A stretch of DNA of 64,000 nucleotides. It comes from a virus. Position 1 is the stretch's first letter; every line of letters starts with the position of its first letter. Positions 55,323 to 64,000 of this stretch are shown piece by piece. Below the pieces are notes generated by a model. It had not been told where the DNA came from. It worked only from the letters and a program-made list of their open reading frames with translations, and did no database searches. Both the position numbers and the translations under genes were made by a program. The stretch lies in IMG/VR virus record IMGVR_UViG_3300047547_000167, positions 28,928 through 92,927 of that record; one strand, given 5' to 3'.

Positions 55323-55952
55323 TTAAGCACCCGGGCCCCAGGGGTCCGTGTCGCTACCCGTCCCACCCAGCTCCTGTCCTCTGACTTGCACCATGTTGAC
55401 CGGCAGCGGTGCCGCCTGCAGGGCCGCAACCACGGCAGCGACGATCTGCACCAGGCCAGGGTCGAGGCTTTCCGTGAGGCTGCGCTGCGCAGCACTCCAC
55501 ACGGCAGAGGCTGTCTGCTCCGGCGTGAGCGCCGTGCCCGTGACCACGTTCTGATAGCTCACCGAGTTGTTCACCAGCGCCGAAACCGTGGCTGGGTAGA
55601 TGGGCTGGCCATCGGCGGCCCAGTACGCGGTCTCGTAGTCGTCCGAATAGAGCACGCCGGTCACGCGAACCTTGTTCATGTCGATGATCAGCTTCCAGCC
55701 GTTCTGCAGGAAGTAGATCAGGCCCGAGCGACCGCCAGGAATGGAGTCGTAGCCCGTGCGGCGCATGGCCAGCGTGTGGTAGTCGTTCCCGGGCAGCGCA
55801 GCCCAATCCACCCAACGCGACCACACATCGGTCTGGAGGTTGAGGGTGGTCACGTCGCTGTTGACGGTGATCGTGCGCGCCAGGCCGTTGAAGGCGACCT
55901 TTTTGTTTTGCGCCCACTCGGCCCCCCAGGCGCCCCAGACTAGAGCGGCCAT
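55323..55952 (-). CDS. hypothetical virion structural protein
   Basis: 209 aa; YFLQNGWK, ASAVWSAAQRSLT. Confidence 0.65.
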   Translation of the reverse strand: MAALVWGAWGAEWAQNKKVAFNGLARTITVNSDVTTLNLQTDVWSRWVDWAALPGNDYHTLAMRRTGYDSIPGGRSGLIYFLQNGWKLIIDMNKVRVTGVLYSDDYETAYWAADGQPIYPATVSALVNNSVSYQNVVTGTALTPEQTASAVWSAAQRSLTESLDPGLVQIVAAVVAALQAAPLPVNMVQVRGQELGGTGSDTDPWGPGA

Positions 55953-55955
55953 CGA

Positions 55956-57317
55956 TTACCAAAGCTCCTTGTAGCCCAGGTTCAAGCTGGCGTTGGTGGC
56001 GCTCGTCGTCAGACGGGTTACCAGCACCGACCACACCTCCGGCTGGCCGTTCGCGGCCGTCATGATGCCCTCGTCGTTCTTCTCGAAATACTGGTCCAGG
56101 TCGAAAGCCTTGGCGCCCGCGCCAAAGTAGATCGTCTTGAACCGCTGCGCAGCCGAGGCATCGACCGCGCCGGTGTAGTTGACCTCGCAGGCCGAAGCCA
56201 GCGCATCCCACGTGCCGCCCGTGACCACGGTGTTCTGCCACAGCGTCACGGCCACCGGCTGGTCGCACCAGGCGTTGAGTGTCTCGGGGTACACCACCAC
56301 GCTGTTGTGCTTGCCGTTGTAGGTGGCCAGCGTGCGAATGCTGAAGGCGACGGTATCGGCGGTCACGCCGGTCAGTGAGCGATCCACGTCGGCAAAGCGC
56401 CAGAAGGCGTAATCCGCGAAGTCGCCCTCGGTGTAGACCGCAGCGCAAACGGAGCGAAGCTCGCTCGAAGAACCCGTGGCGCCGGTGTTGACGTTCTCCA
56501 GCGCGACCGGCAGCGTCCCTGTTCGCATGTACGGCAGGGGGTTTGCCCCCGCGTTCTGGAAGGTGTGGCACGTCACGCGGGAGCCGTCGGGGGCGAAGAC
56601 GCCAAAGCGCACTCGGCCCGCGCCAAGCCACTGGTAGTCGATCCAGTAGACGTTGATCCCCGTCAGGTTCACGGCGTAGCCACTCAGGCCAGTACCGTCG
56701 AGCCGGTCGCCGCTCCACGCGGTGCTGGGGACGCGAGTCTCCACCACCGAACCGCTGGTGCTGTTGCGGATCACGGCATTCAGGGTGGTGCCCTGCAGCT
56801 CGAAGAACACGCCGTCGTTGTCATCGAAGCCGCCCCAGCGGCGCGTGTTGTTCGCCTTGCCCACATCGCCCAGGGCAATGGTCATCTTGAACAGGTTGCT
56901 GGAGCCCGGCAGGTAGTAGTGGTACCGGTTGGTGACCAGCAGCGCGCGGCTACCGGCCACCGAAGTGGTGGACAGCACCTGGCTCGATTCGGCGGGGGTG
57001 TAACTCGATGCGCCACCGTTTGCCGTGACCGTCGAGAACAGCGCGTCGTAGGTGTCCAGCGACCCCTCGTAGACGCCCAGCGCGCGGGCGGCGCTGACCT
57101 TCAGCGAGCCGAAGCCGGACAGCGTGGGCTGCCCCTCCGCAAACCGCACCGAGGCCGAGCCCTGAACGTCCACGGCAATCATGTTGCCAGGCGCATCCGG
57201 GTCAGCCAGGTGCATAACCTGGGCCTGCACGGTGTCGGCGCCAACAGAATGCTGCTGCGAGTAGAGCTTCTTGCCCGTGCTGTCAGGGGGTACCTGAACG
57301 AATGAATCCGTGCCCAT
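55956..57317 (-). CDS. putative virion structural protein (beta-rich)
   Basis: VQVPPDSTGKK, YWIDYQWLGAGRVRFG. Confidence 0.7.
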   Translation of the reverse strand: MGTDSFVQVPPDSTGKKLYSQQHSVGADTVQAQVMHLADPDAPGNMIAVDVQGSASVRFAEGQPTLSGFGSLKVSAARALGVYEGSLDTYDALFSTVTANGGASSYTPAESSQVLSTTSVAGSRALLVTNRYHYYLPGSSNLFKMTIALGDVGKANNTRRWGGFDDNDGVFFELQGTTLNAVIRNSTSGSVVETRVPSTAWSGDRLDGTGLSGYAVNLTGINVYWIDYQWLGAGRVRFGVFAPDGSRVTCHTFQNAGANPLPYMRTGTLPVALENVNTGATGSSSELRSVCAAVYTEGDFADYAFWRFADVDRSLTGVTADTVAFSIRTLATYNGKHNSVVVYPETLNAWCDQPVAVTLWQNTVVTGGTWDALASACEVNYTGAVDASAAQRFKTIYFGAGAKAFDLDQYFEKNDEGIMTAANGQPEVWSVLVTRLTTSATNASLNLGYKELW

Positions 57318-57330
57318 CGGTTACTCCAAT

Positions 57331-58923
57331 TTAAGCGGCTGTGTAGGACGGGTCTGCCGTCGGACTGATGGCCACACCCATGTTGGCTGGGCCCAACGTG
57401 AAAGCCGTGTTCTCGGGCTCGATGAAGCCGGGACGGTTCCAGGTCAGGCGCAGCGGGATCGGTGTGTTCGGTGGGTGGCCGCCGTTATTGTAAGTTGAGT
57501 AAGCAACCACAATGTCCTGCGACGCCGCGATGGTGATGTCCTTCTGGTCGGTGCCAGCTTCGTTCTTCAGGTACACGGGTGTCGCGGTGCCGAAGGTGTC
57601 CTCGTGGATGAGCGAGAACGTGCCGCCGACGGCCAGGGAAGGCGCCGTGGGGGTCAGCGTATAGATGGCGGGCCAGGCGCGGTTGTTGCCGCCAGAATCG
57701 ACCAGCGTCAGGTTGTTACGCTGGCTGGCCTTGTAGTCCAGCAGGTACGCCTTGACGGTGAAAGCGTCACCCGAGAACACGGTGAGCGGCCACTGCTTGT
57801 CGCCGCGCTTGGTGGCGCCGGTGCCGTCGCTGTTGACGTTGGTCGGCTGGCGCCACAGGTAGTTGATCTTCTGGTGGACGGCTTCGTTGGTCTGCAGGTC
57901 GCCATCAACATACCCGGCGAAGTTGTAGTTGCTGCCATCGACGTTGCCGGAGTAGATGCCGTCCACGTCCAGGTTGTAGGTGATGTTGGCAAAGATGCCG
58001 CCAGCAGCGATGGTCGCATCCGCGACGATCAACTTTGGGTCGATGGCGTTGGCGGCTGAAATTGGGATAATTTCAGCGTAGTTCAACGCGTGCTGTTCCA
58101 TGATGATGGTCTTGCCTTCGATGGCAAGGCGCGTGTACCAGGTGCCGCGCTTATCAATCGGGGTGCCGCTGTTGTAGTCGTACAACAGCACCAACTGGTT
58201 GGCGTAGCCAGTCATCACGAAGTCGTTGGGGGCGGTCAGCTCGGCATCGCCGCCATACCAGTAGGTGATCTGGTCGGTGGGGGCGTGCGCGTTGCTGGTG
58301 GAGCGCAGCAGAGCGTAAATCTTGGTCGCGGCAGCGGTCTTGCTGGGGCGAATTTCCAGAGCGGTATCGCGCACCGCGTTGGTGGTGCTGATATCGTGCG
58401 GCTCCCACCCGTTGATCGAGGCAATCGACTTGGCGCGAGGTTCGATAGACGTGAAGGCGGGGTCGTACTTGTCCAGGTCGCTGGTGTCCCACAAATCGAC
58501 CATCTTGGATGCCAGGATGATACCCTGCACGCCGTCAATGAACGACAGGCCGCCAGCCGCCAGGAACTGGTAGGTTTTCTTGATGGCCACGATGTTGATG
58601 TCGGCCCCGGCGGTTTCTGTTGCGCCAGTGCCGCTGACGATGGTGGCCGTGATGCTGGTCGCGCTCACAGCGGACACCGTTGCGGTCAGGCCCTCGTTGG
58701 AGGCGTTGCCGGTGTTGCTGAGCTTGATCACGTCACCGATGGCAATCGCCCGGTTCACCACGCCAGCGGTCTCGCTGGAGCCGGTGAAGTTCGCAGCTGT
58801 GGTGGTGATCGTCAGGGTCGCGCCAGACTTTGCAATCGCAATGTCAGTGCCGCTTTTGTCGGCAATGTGAAACTTCAGGTTTGTGCCAAGCGTCAGCCCA
58901 GCTTTGGTAGTGATTTTTGCCAT
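57331..58923 (-). CDS. putative virion structural protein
   Basis: 530 aa, Thr/Ala/Gly-rich; SD AGGAG; ends DPSYTAA. Confidence 0.7.
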   Translation of the reverse strand: MAKITTKAGLTLGTNLKFHIADKSGTDIAIAKSGATLTITTTAANFTGSSETAGVVNRAIAIGDVIKLSNTGNASNEGLTATVSAVSATSITATIVSGTGATETAGADINIVAIKKTYQFLAAGGLSFIDGVQGIILASKMVDLWDTSDLDKYDPAFTSIEPRAKSIASINGWEPHDISTTNAVRDTALEIRPSKTAAATKIYALLRSTSNAHAPTDQITYWYGGDAELTAPNDFVMTGYANQLVLLYDYNSGTPIDKRGTWYTRLAIEGKTIIMEQHALNYAEIIPISAANAIDPKLIVADATIAAGGIFANITYNLDVDGIYSGNVDGSNYNFAGYVDGDLQTNEAVHQKINYLWRQPTNVNSDGTGATKRGDKQWPLTVFSGDAFTVKAYLLDYKASQRNNLTLVDSGGNNRAWPAIYTLTPTAPSLAVGGTFSLIHEDTFGTATPVYLKNEAGTDQKDITIAASQDIVVAYSTYNNGGHPPNTPIPLRLTWNRPGFIEPENTAFTLGPANMGVAISPTADPSYTAA

Positions 58924-58935
58924 TGTGGGCTCCTA

Positions 58936-60471
58936 TCAGGTTGCAGAATACGAAGGGTCCGGCGCCGATGTGACCGGCAGCTCTTGGTTGGTGGCGTTCA
59001 ATGTGACGGTGATGTCCTCGAACACGGTCCCGGGCAGCGTGAACTGTACCGTCACGGGCTTGTCGTCGGGCGTGTAGCTGAAAATGTAAGTGCCGGTGGT
59101 GACGTTGCCATCGACGGCCAAGGTCTTGCTGCCACGGCGCACGCGCACCTCGGTGCCGACCGGCAGGCCGGTGAACGTCTTGGTGGCGGAGCTGACAACG
59201 ACAACCGTGGCGCCAGCCGTGCGATAGGTTGGCGTGCTGCCGCCGCTGATGTTGATCGTGACGGTGCCGCTGGCGATGTTGACGAAAACCGCCTCGTTGC
59301 CCGTGCTGCCATTGGTGCCCGCGTAGCCGGTGAAGCCGACGTTGGTTAGCGTCAGGCTGGTCGCCGTCCCGGTGATCTCAATGGCGTGGCCAGTGCCATC
59401 GCTCACGAACTGGGTGTTTGTCACGAGCGCACACTGCGCCGGCGTGCCGGTGACGGCGGTGGAGCCGGATGGACGGTCAAACGTGCAGCCGTCATAGGAC
59501 GCGCCGCCCAGCGTGACGATCCCGCAGCGGCGGAACGTGGTGTCGATCAGGGAGCTGCTGCTCTGGAACGCGAAGGTGTCCATGCCGGTGAACGAGCAGG
59601 CGTCGATGGTGACGGCGGCGTTGTCCACCACTTGCAGGCGGCCCTTGGCAACGGAGCCCAGGGCGAGAAACGAAATACCGGTCCAGTCCACGCGGCTGGA
59701 GGCGTTGCGAATTTCAATCCGGTTGAAGTTGGCGCTGACCTTGGTGGTGTTGTCGATCAGGATTTGCGTGTTGCTGTCCCGGAAGTCCACCGCGCTGGTG
59801 TAGCCCAGCACCATCAAGCCCTTGAACAGATACCCGCCTGGCACCGCTTCGATGAGGCCCCAGCGGTTGCTGACGTTGTCGTTCTGCGCAGCGTAACCCG
59901 CGAAGGTGGCATAACCGTTGGCCAGGTCGCCACCGTTGAACCGCGACTCGCAGCGCCCATACCGCAGGGCCCCGGCTGCAAACGGGTTGCCCTTGGTCAC
60001 CGGGTTGCTGTTGTTGGCCGCCCACCCGAAGGTCAGCAGCGTAGCGGTAGGCGAACCAACGGTGTAGTCGGCGGTAAGGCTCGGGTCCACCGCCAGGTTC
60101 TGCCAGAGCTTGCCGGTGTGCACGTCCGAGCCGCCCAGGTTCCACGCCTTGAAGGCCGTGGTTCCAGAGCCGACGATCAGCCGGATGCCGCCGTTTGCGC
60201 CGGTGGCCAGGGCGTTCTGGCAGCTGAAATACTGCCACGCCAGAAACGCACCGTCGGTCGGAATGGTCACCCCAGCACCAGCGGTGTAGACCAATCCACC
60301 CAGGCCGGTGGCGTTATAGGTCTTCGAGATGCAGCTCGTGCCGTTGATGAAGTAATCGGTCTCCAGCGCGGGAGTCTGGCCAGCAGTCCAGGTGCCCGGC
60401 TCCGTCCACCCTGTCGTGGCTTGCGCCGTGGACAGGGTGGACAGGTCGGTCGTGTAGCTGGCAGCGGCCAT
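58936..60471 (-). CDS. putative virion structural protein (beta-helix-like)
   Basis: 511 aa; ends DPSYSAT, like the adjacent protein. Confidence 0.7.
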   Translation of the reverse strand: MAAASYTTDLSTLSTAQATTGWTEPGTWTAGQTPALETDYFINGTSCISKTYNATGLGGLVYTAGAGVTIPTDGAFLAWQYFSCQNALATGANGGIRLIVGSGTTAFKAWNLGGSDVHTGKLWQNLAVDPSLTADYTVGSPTATLLTFGWAANNSNPVTKGNPFAAGALRYGRCESRFNGGDLANGYATFAGYAAQNDNVSNRWGLIEAVPGGYLFKGLMVLGYTSAVDFRDSNTQILIDNTTKVSANFNRIEIRNASSRVDWTGISFLALGSVAKGRLQVVDNAAVTIDACSFTGMDTFAFQSSSSLIDTTFRRCGIVTLGGASYDGCTFDRPSGSTAVTGTPAQCALVTNTQFVSDGTGHAIEITGTATSLTLTNVGFTGYAGTNGSTGNEAVFVNIASGTVTINISGGSTPTYRTAGATVVVVSSATKTFTGLPVGTEVRVRRGSKTLAVDGNVTTGTYIFSYTPDDKPVTVQFTLPGTVFEDITVTLNATNQELPVTSAPDPSYSAT

Positions 60472-63400
60472 TAAGCAGTCACCTCGGCGGCACGCTCAGG
60501 TGTGATCAGTCCGACCTGAGCGAAGTAAGCCACCGAGTCGATGGTGAGCTGCTCCTGCAGGTTGATGTACCGGAGCACGTCAATCCGGGCCATGATGTCC
60601 TTCACCACCTGGTCAGTGCTGGCGCGGATCGCAGCCAGCTCCGCCACGGTGAAGCGGGCCAGGAAAGCCACCCGCGTGGGCAGGCTGCTCTTGAACTGGT
60701 CCAGCCCGTAGTCCCACACGTTGAAGTTGAGGTCTGGCACCTGCCCCGACATTTGAGCGATGGAGTAGCCCTCCGGCCACTCAATGTCGGTGGGGTCGTC
60801 CGTGGTGACGCCGATCAGCTGGTTGCCGTTGCGCGTGATCACGTACCACTGCTTGTTAGGGTCGTAGGCGTCGAACATCTGATTGGAGAGGCGCGCGTCA
60901 ATCGCGGCGAAGTCATCCAGCAGGCGCGCCTGCACGGCGGCAGCAATGTCGGCGGTGGCCCCGGTCTCGGGCACGACCTCGGCGGCCACAGACTCCTGCT
61001 GATTGACCGGAATCAGGATGTGCTGCGCGTATGGCACCGCCAGGGTTTCGGTGTGATACCCAGCCTTGGTGACGGTGACCACGCAGTCACTCGCATCCCG
61101 AGCCGGGTAGCTGATCGTGGCCGAAGCGGTGACGCTGGAGCCGGTGAACACGGTGACGCCGTCCAGCGCCACGGTGATGTGGCTGCCAAACTGGAGGCCG
61201 GTCAGGGCGAGGGACGCCAGGGGCACGTCGATGGGGTACAGCGCGGCATTCTGCGCCTGCAGCGTCGTGACGCCATCGACACGCACGCTGGTGATCTGGT
61301 TGCTGTAGTTGCTGGCCGTGCAGACCACGCGAATGCTCAGCCGGAAACCAGCGGGGGAGATTTGCTCGGCGGCCAGGCGCGCGTTCGTCATCTCCTGGTA
61401 CGCGCCACTGAAGCCAGTCCCACGGTCAATGTCGTACTCGATCCGGTGGTGCGCGGTGTTGTTGCCCGTCACGGCGAAGGACGTCAGGCCGGTCCACCCC
61501 AGGATGGGCGCCGGGCTTGTCCAGACCGCCGCGTCACCAATCGACATGACGATGCCACCAGCCCCGGTGAATTGCGGGTTGCCGGACTGCAGGGTGTACA
61601 CACCGTCGCTGGTCAGCGGCTCAGTCATGGCGACGACCAGGCGTGCCGTGGTGTCGCCGGTGAAGGCGTCCCAGAAAGGGGTGCCATAGGTGCCGGCGTA
61701 GCTGGTGGGCACGGCGCCGCCATTGTGCCGGTTGCCACGGCTGATGGCCCGGCACTGCGTGGGGGCCTGCGTTTTGCTGGCGTCGGTGGTGTAGCAGTTT
61801 TCCTGCCGGTGGCCGGTGGACGAGCTGTTGGGCAGCACAAGCCCGGAGCGCAGGGCCGTGACCCAGCATCGGCGCAGCCACGTGTCCACGTTGTTGCCGC
61901 CGTCGCTCATGATCTGGCCCATCACGTTGACGGTGCCAGCGTTGTAGGGGGCGGACTCCGACCCAACATGACCCGCGATCAGTTTGCGGGTTGTGCTGGC
62001 GAATACGAGGCCGTTGTATGGATGCACGTTGGCCACACCGGGCCAATTGCGGGTGTCCAGCACCTCGCAGTCTGCGGCACCCAGCACCTCGACCGCGTGG
62101 GAGGCCGCCGTGGTGAGCGTGGTGCCCTTGACGTTGTCGGCGTAGGTGTGGCGCTTGACGCGGACCTTGCCGCCGTTGTTCACCAGCACGCGCTTGCCGA
62201 CGGTCTCCGCCTCCATGACCGTCACGTCTTCGCAGGCATTGAAGAACGCGGACCCAGCGACGGCAGTGCAATCGCTGGCGAACGTCGCGCGCAGCTTACC
62301 GAATGTCCACGCGCCAGCCAGGTTGCCGAAATAGGCGGAGTAGTGGCTGGGGCCGGTGCAATCAGCGCGAACACCGCTCATGCGCCCCACGATGCCGCCA
62401 GCCGCGCATTGCGTGATGCTGATTGGGCTGACTGCGGCAAACGTGTTCTTGGTGGACAGGCCCACATGCAAGCCGTCGATTTCAGGGCGCGTCGCGCAGC
62501 GGCTCATGGCGAACTGGTCGCACGTGTGCATGTCGTTGATGATCACGCTGTGCGCCTGGGCCAGCGTCCAGTACCAGGCGCCAGTGCTGCCGCCGTGGCG
62601 GATATTGCCACCCGAGGCAAACGAGGTCTTGAAGCGATTGGACAGCGTGTCGCTGGGCTCGCTGTTCTGCGCCCTGTTGCCGCCGCAGCTCTGCAGCACG
62701 AGGTTGGGCACACGCACCGCGCAGCCGGCCACAGGCAGGTCGCCCGCATTCTGGTTGTCCAGGCCGCGCCCCAGCGTCACGACGCCGGAGGCGCTGATGT
62801 GCACGTACCGGCTGCGGCTGTCGTCGGAAATGTGGGTGCTTTTGAACTTATTGCCCACGTTTGGCCAGAAGTCGTACACACCAGAGCCGGGAGAGGTTTC
62901 GACCTCAATGCCGGGGTAGTGAGTGGCGCCGTCCGATGTGAAGTGCGGCAGATGGATGGTTTGACCACGCGCCCCGCTGGTGACGCCGACGGCAAACCAG
63001 ATGGTCGCGCCGTTGTTGATGTTGAGCAGCCCCCGGCGGCCCATGACGATGGACTTGCCCTCGGAGCCAACAACGACCATCCAGCCAGTCTCGTCGGGGC
63101 CCGTGGCGGTCGCCGCGATGCCACCCAGCGCGCCAGCAGCGAAACCGCCGCCTCGCACCTTGAGCCAGCCGGTGGCGGGCATGTTGCCGGTGTGCACGTC
63201 GCCACCGGTCCGGCTTGCCATCACGCACAGCAGCTCGGCGCTTACCGCGCCCTGCGTGATGATTGCGCCAGCATCGGGCACACGCCCGGAGCCGGCAGAA
63301 AATGGGATCAAGCGCACAGCGCTGGAATCGATAAACAGCTCGCCACCAAGGGTGCCGGAGCCGGTGACGTGCCCCAGAGGGCCGCCTGTTGCTGACTGGT

Positions 63401-63524
63401 TCGGACCGTGACGGCTGTCGCAATCAATCGTGAGCTTGCCACCGTTGATGCTGTAGCTGTCCGCTCCAGACTTGCCCGAGAGTTCGGTGATGCGCTGGGC
63501 GCTGGTGATAGTGAAATTACCCAT
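60471..63524 (-). CDS. large fibre/spike-like structural protein
   Basis: 1017 aa, Gly/Thr/Ala-rich, beta-helix-like; C-terminal FLARFT..E domain. Confidence 0.7.
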   Translation of the reverse strand: MGNFTITSAQRITELSGKSGADSYSINGGKLTIDCDSRHGPNQSATGGPLGHVTGSGTLGGELFIDSSAVRLIPFSAGSGRVPDAGAIITQGAVSAELLCVMASRTGGDVHTGNMPATGWLKVRGGGFAAGALGGIAATATGPDETGWMVVVGSEGKSIVMGRRGLLNINNGATIWFAVGVTSGARGQTIHLPHFTSDGATHYPGIEVETSPGSGVYDFWPNVGNKFKSTHISDDSRSRYVHISASGVVTLGRGLDNQNAGDLPVAGCAVRVPNLVLQSCGGNRAQNSEPSDTLSNRFKTSFASGGNIRHGGSTGAWYWTLAQAHSVIINDMHTCDQFAMSRCATRPEIDGLHVGLSTKNTFAAVSPISITQCAAGGIVGRMSGVRADCTGPSHYSAYFGNLAGAWTFGKLRATFASDCTAVAGSAFFNACEDVTVMEAETVGKRVLVNNGGKVRVKRHTYADNVKGTTLTTAASHAVEVLGAADCEVLDTRNWPGVANVHPYNGLVFASTTRKLIAGHVGSESAPYNAGTVNVMGQIMSDGGNNVDTWLRRCWVTALRSGLVLPNSSSTGHRQENCYTTDASKTQAPTQCRAISRGNRHNGGAVPTSYAGTYGTPFWDAFTGDTTARLVVAMTEPLTSDGVYTLQSGNPQFTGAGGIVMSIGDAAVWTSPAPILGWTGLTSFAVTGNNTAHHRIEYDIDRGTGFSGAYQEMTNARLAAEQISPAGFRLSIRVVCTASNYSNQITSVRVDGVTTLQAQNAALYPIDVPLASLALTGLQFGSHITVALDGVTVFTGSSVTASATISYPARDASDCVVTVTKAGYHTETLAVPYAQHILIPVNQQESVAAEVVPETGATADIAAAVQARLLDDFAAIDARLSNQMFDAYDPNKQWYVITRNGNQLIGVTTDDPTDIEWPEGYSIAQMSGQVPDLNFNVWDYGLDQFKSSLPTRVAFLARFTVAELAAIRASTDQVVKDIMARIDVLRYINLQEQLTIDSVAYFAQVGLITPERAAEVTA

Positions 63525-63706
63525 TATTCAGCCCATTTATTGAGGGGGCACCGAGTCTGCGGCAGCCAGGTCTTTGTCAGTATCGGGCAGGAGCAATCCC
63601 ACAGTTTACATCCCTCCACCCCCAGCTTCAGCGGGATGCGCTGATCGCAAGACTTGCACGTGGCCAGTCGTTGCAGCCGGACGGCGGAGATGCGAACCGG
63701 GTTCAT
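63524..63706 (-). CDS. small Cys-rich protein
   Basis: RLATCKSC...CKL..CSC....KT......CPLNKW. Confidence 0.7.
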   Translation of the reverse strand: MNPVRISAVRLQRLATCKSCDQRIPLKLGVEGCKLWDCSCPILTKTWLPQTRCPLNKWAE

Positions 63707-63723
63707 GCCCCTGCCATTATGGC

Positions 63724-64000
63724 TTAGTTGCCCTGGCCGTTACCGCCAGCCAGGCCGAACAAGCGGCCGCGCAAGGCAGTGCGGAAGGACTGGCCGTGCA
63801 CCACGCAGTTCACGTTCTTGATCATGTCCACGGTGATGAACGTGTCGTGGGCGGTGGCGTTGGATGCCTCCAGAGCGGCAACAGCAGCAGCAGCGCCAGC
63901 GGCCACGGTGCTGGCGTTGTTGGCGGTTGCCTGGGCAGCAGCAGCGGCAGCAGCAGCGGCAGCAGCGTCGGCTGCAGCAGCGTCGGCTGCAGCCGACGCT
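63724..64000 (-). CDS. Ala-rich protein, 5' end outside the window
   Basis: frame open from the window edge: ASAAADAAAADAAAA...NNASTVAAG...GGNGQGN. Confidence 0.65.
   Translation of the reverse strand, partial: ASAAADAAAADAAAAAAAAAAAQATANNASTVAAGAAAAVAALEASNATAHDTFITVDMIKNVNCVVHGQSFRTALRGRLFGLAGGNGQGN

Overview
This window is 64 kb of a high-GC temperate myovirus genome, probably from a proteobacterial host (inference). It is in the non-integrated configuration: an attP-like 3' half of tRNA-Lys(CUU) at 15804-15849 has phage genes on both sides. The left part (1-17.5 kb) holds early and replication genes: thyA, primase-helicase, VRR-NUC, SSB, SF2 helicase, an exonuclease/ATPase recombination module, Xis-like protein, HU, three HNH-type endonucleases, a tyrosine integrase and a TraR/DksA-like protein. 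The right part (17.5-64 kb, nearly all minus strand) holds lysis, fibre, baseplate, tape measure, tube, sheath, neck, capsid, scaffold and putative protease genes, a 1516-aa SNF2-type (DarB-like) protein, a head morphogenesis protein and a second cluster of large structural genes. Most notable signals read from the sequence: (1) a 16-bp element, GTCGTGAY-N2-(N-A-N-N-N-T), found 12 times and only in front of late-region units; 7 copies lie exactly 6 nt before a start codon, suggesting a phage-specific late promoter making leaderless mRNAs. (2) A ~260-nt multi-hairpin candidate ncRNA with an anti-Shine-Dalgarno loop. (3) A structured leader whose loop can pair with the primase RBS. (4) A probable +1 frameshift (UCU_UUU_CGU) in the tail chaperone. 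(5) A recurring hydrophobic-x-K-[A/S] motif in head and putative capsid-cargo proteins. (6) A fibre gene flanked by 26-bp direct repeats. All functional calls come from motif recognition by eye; no database searches were run.
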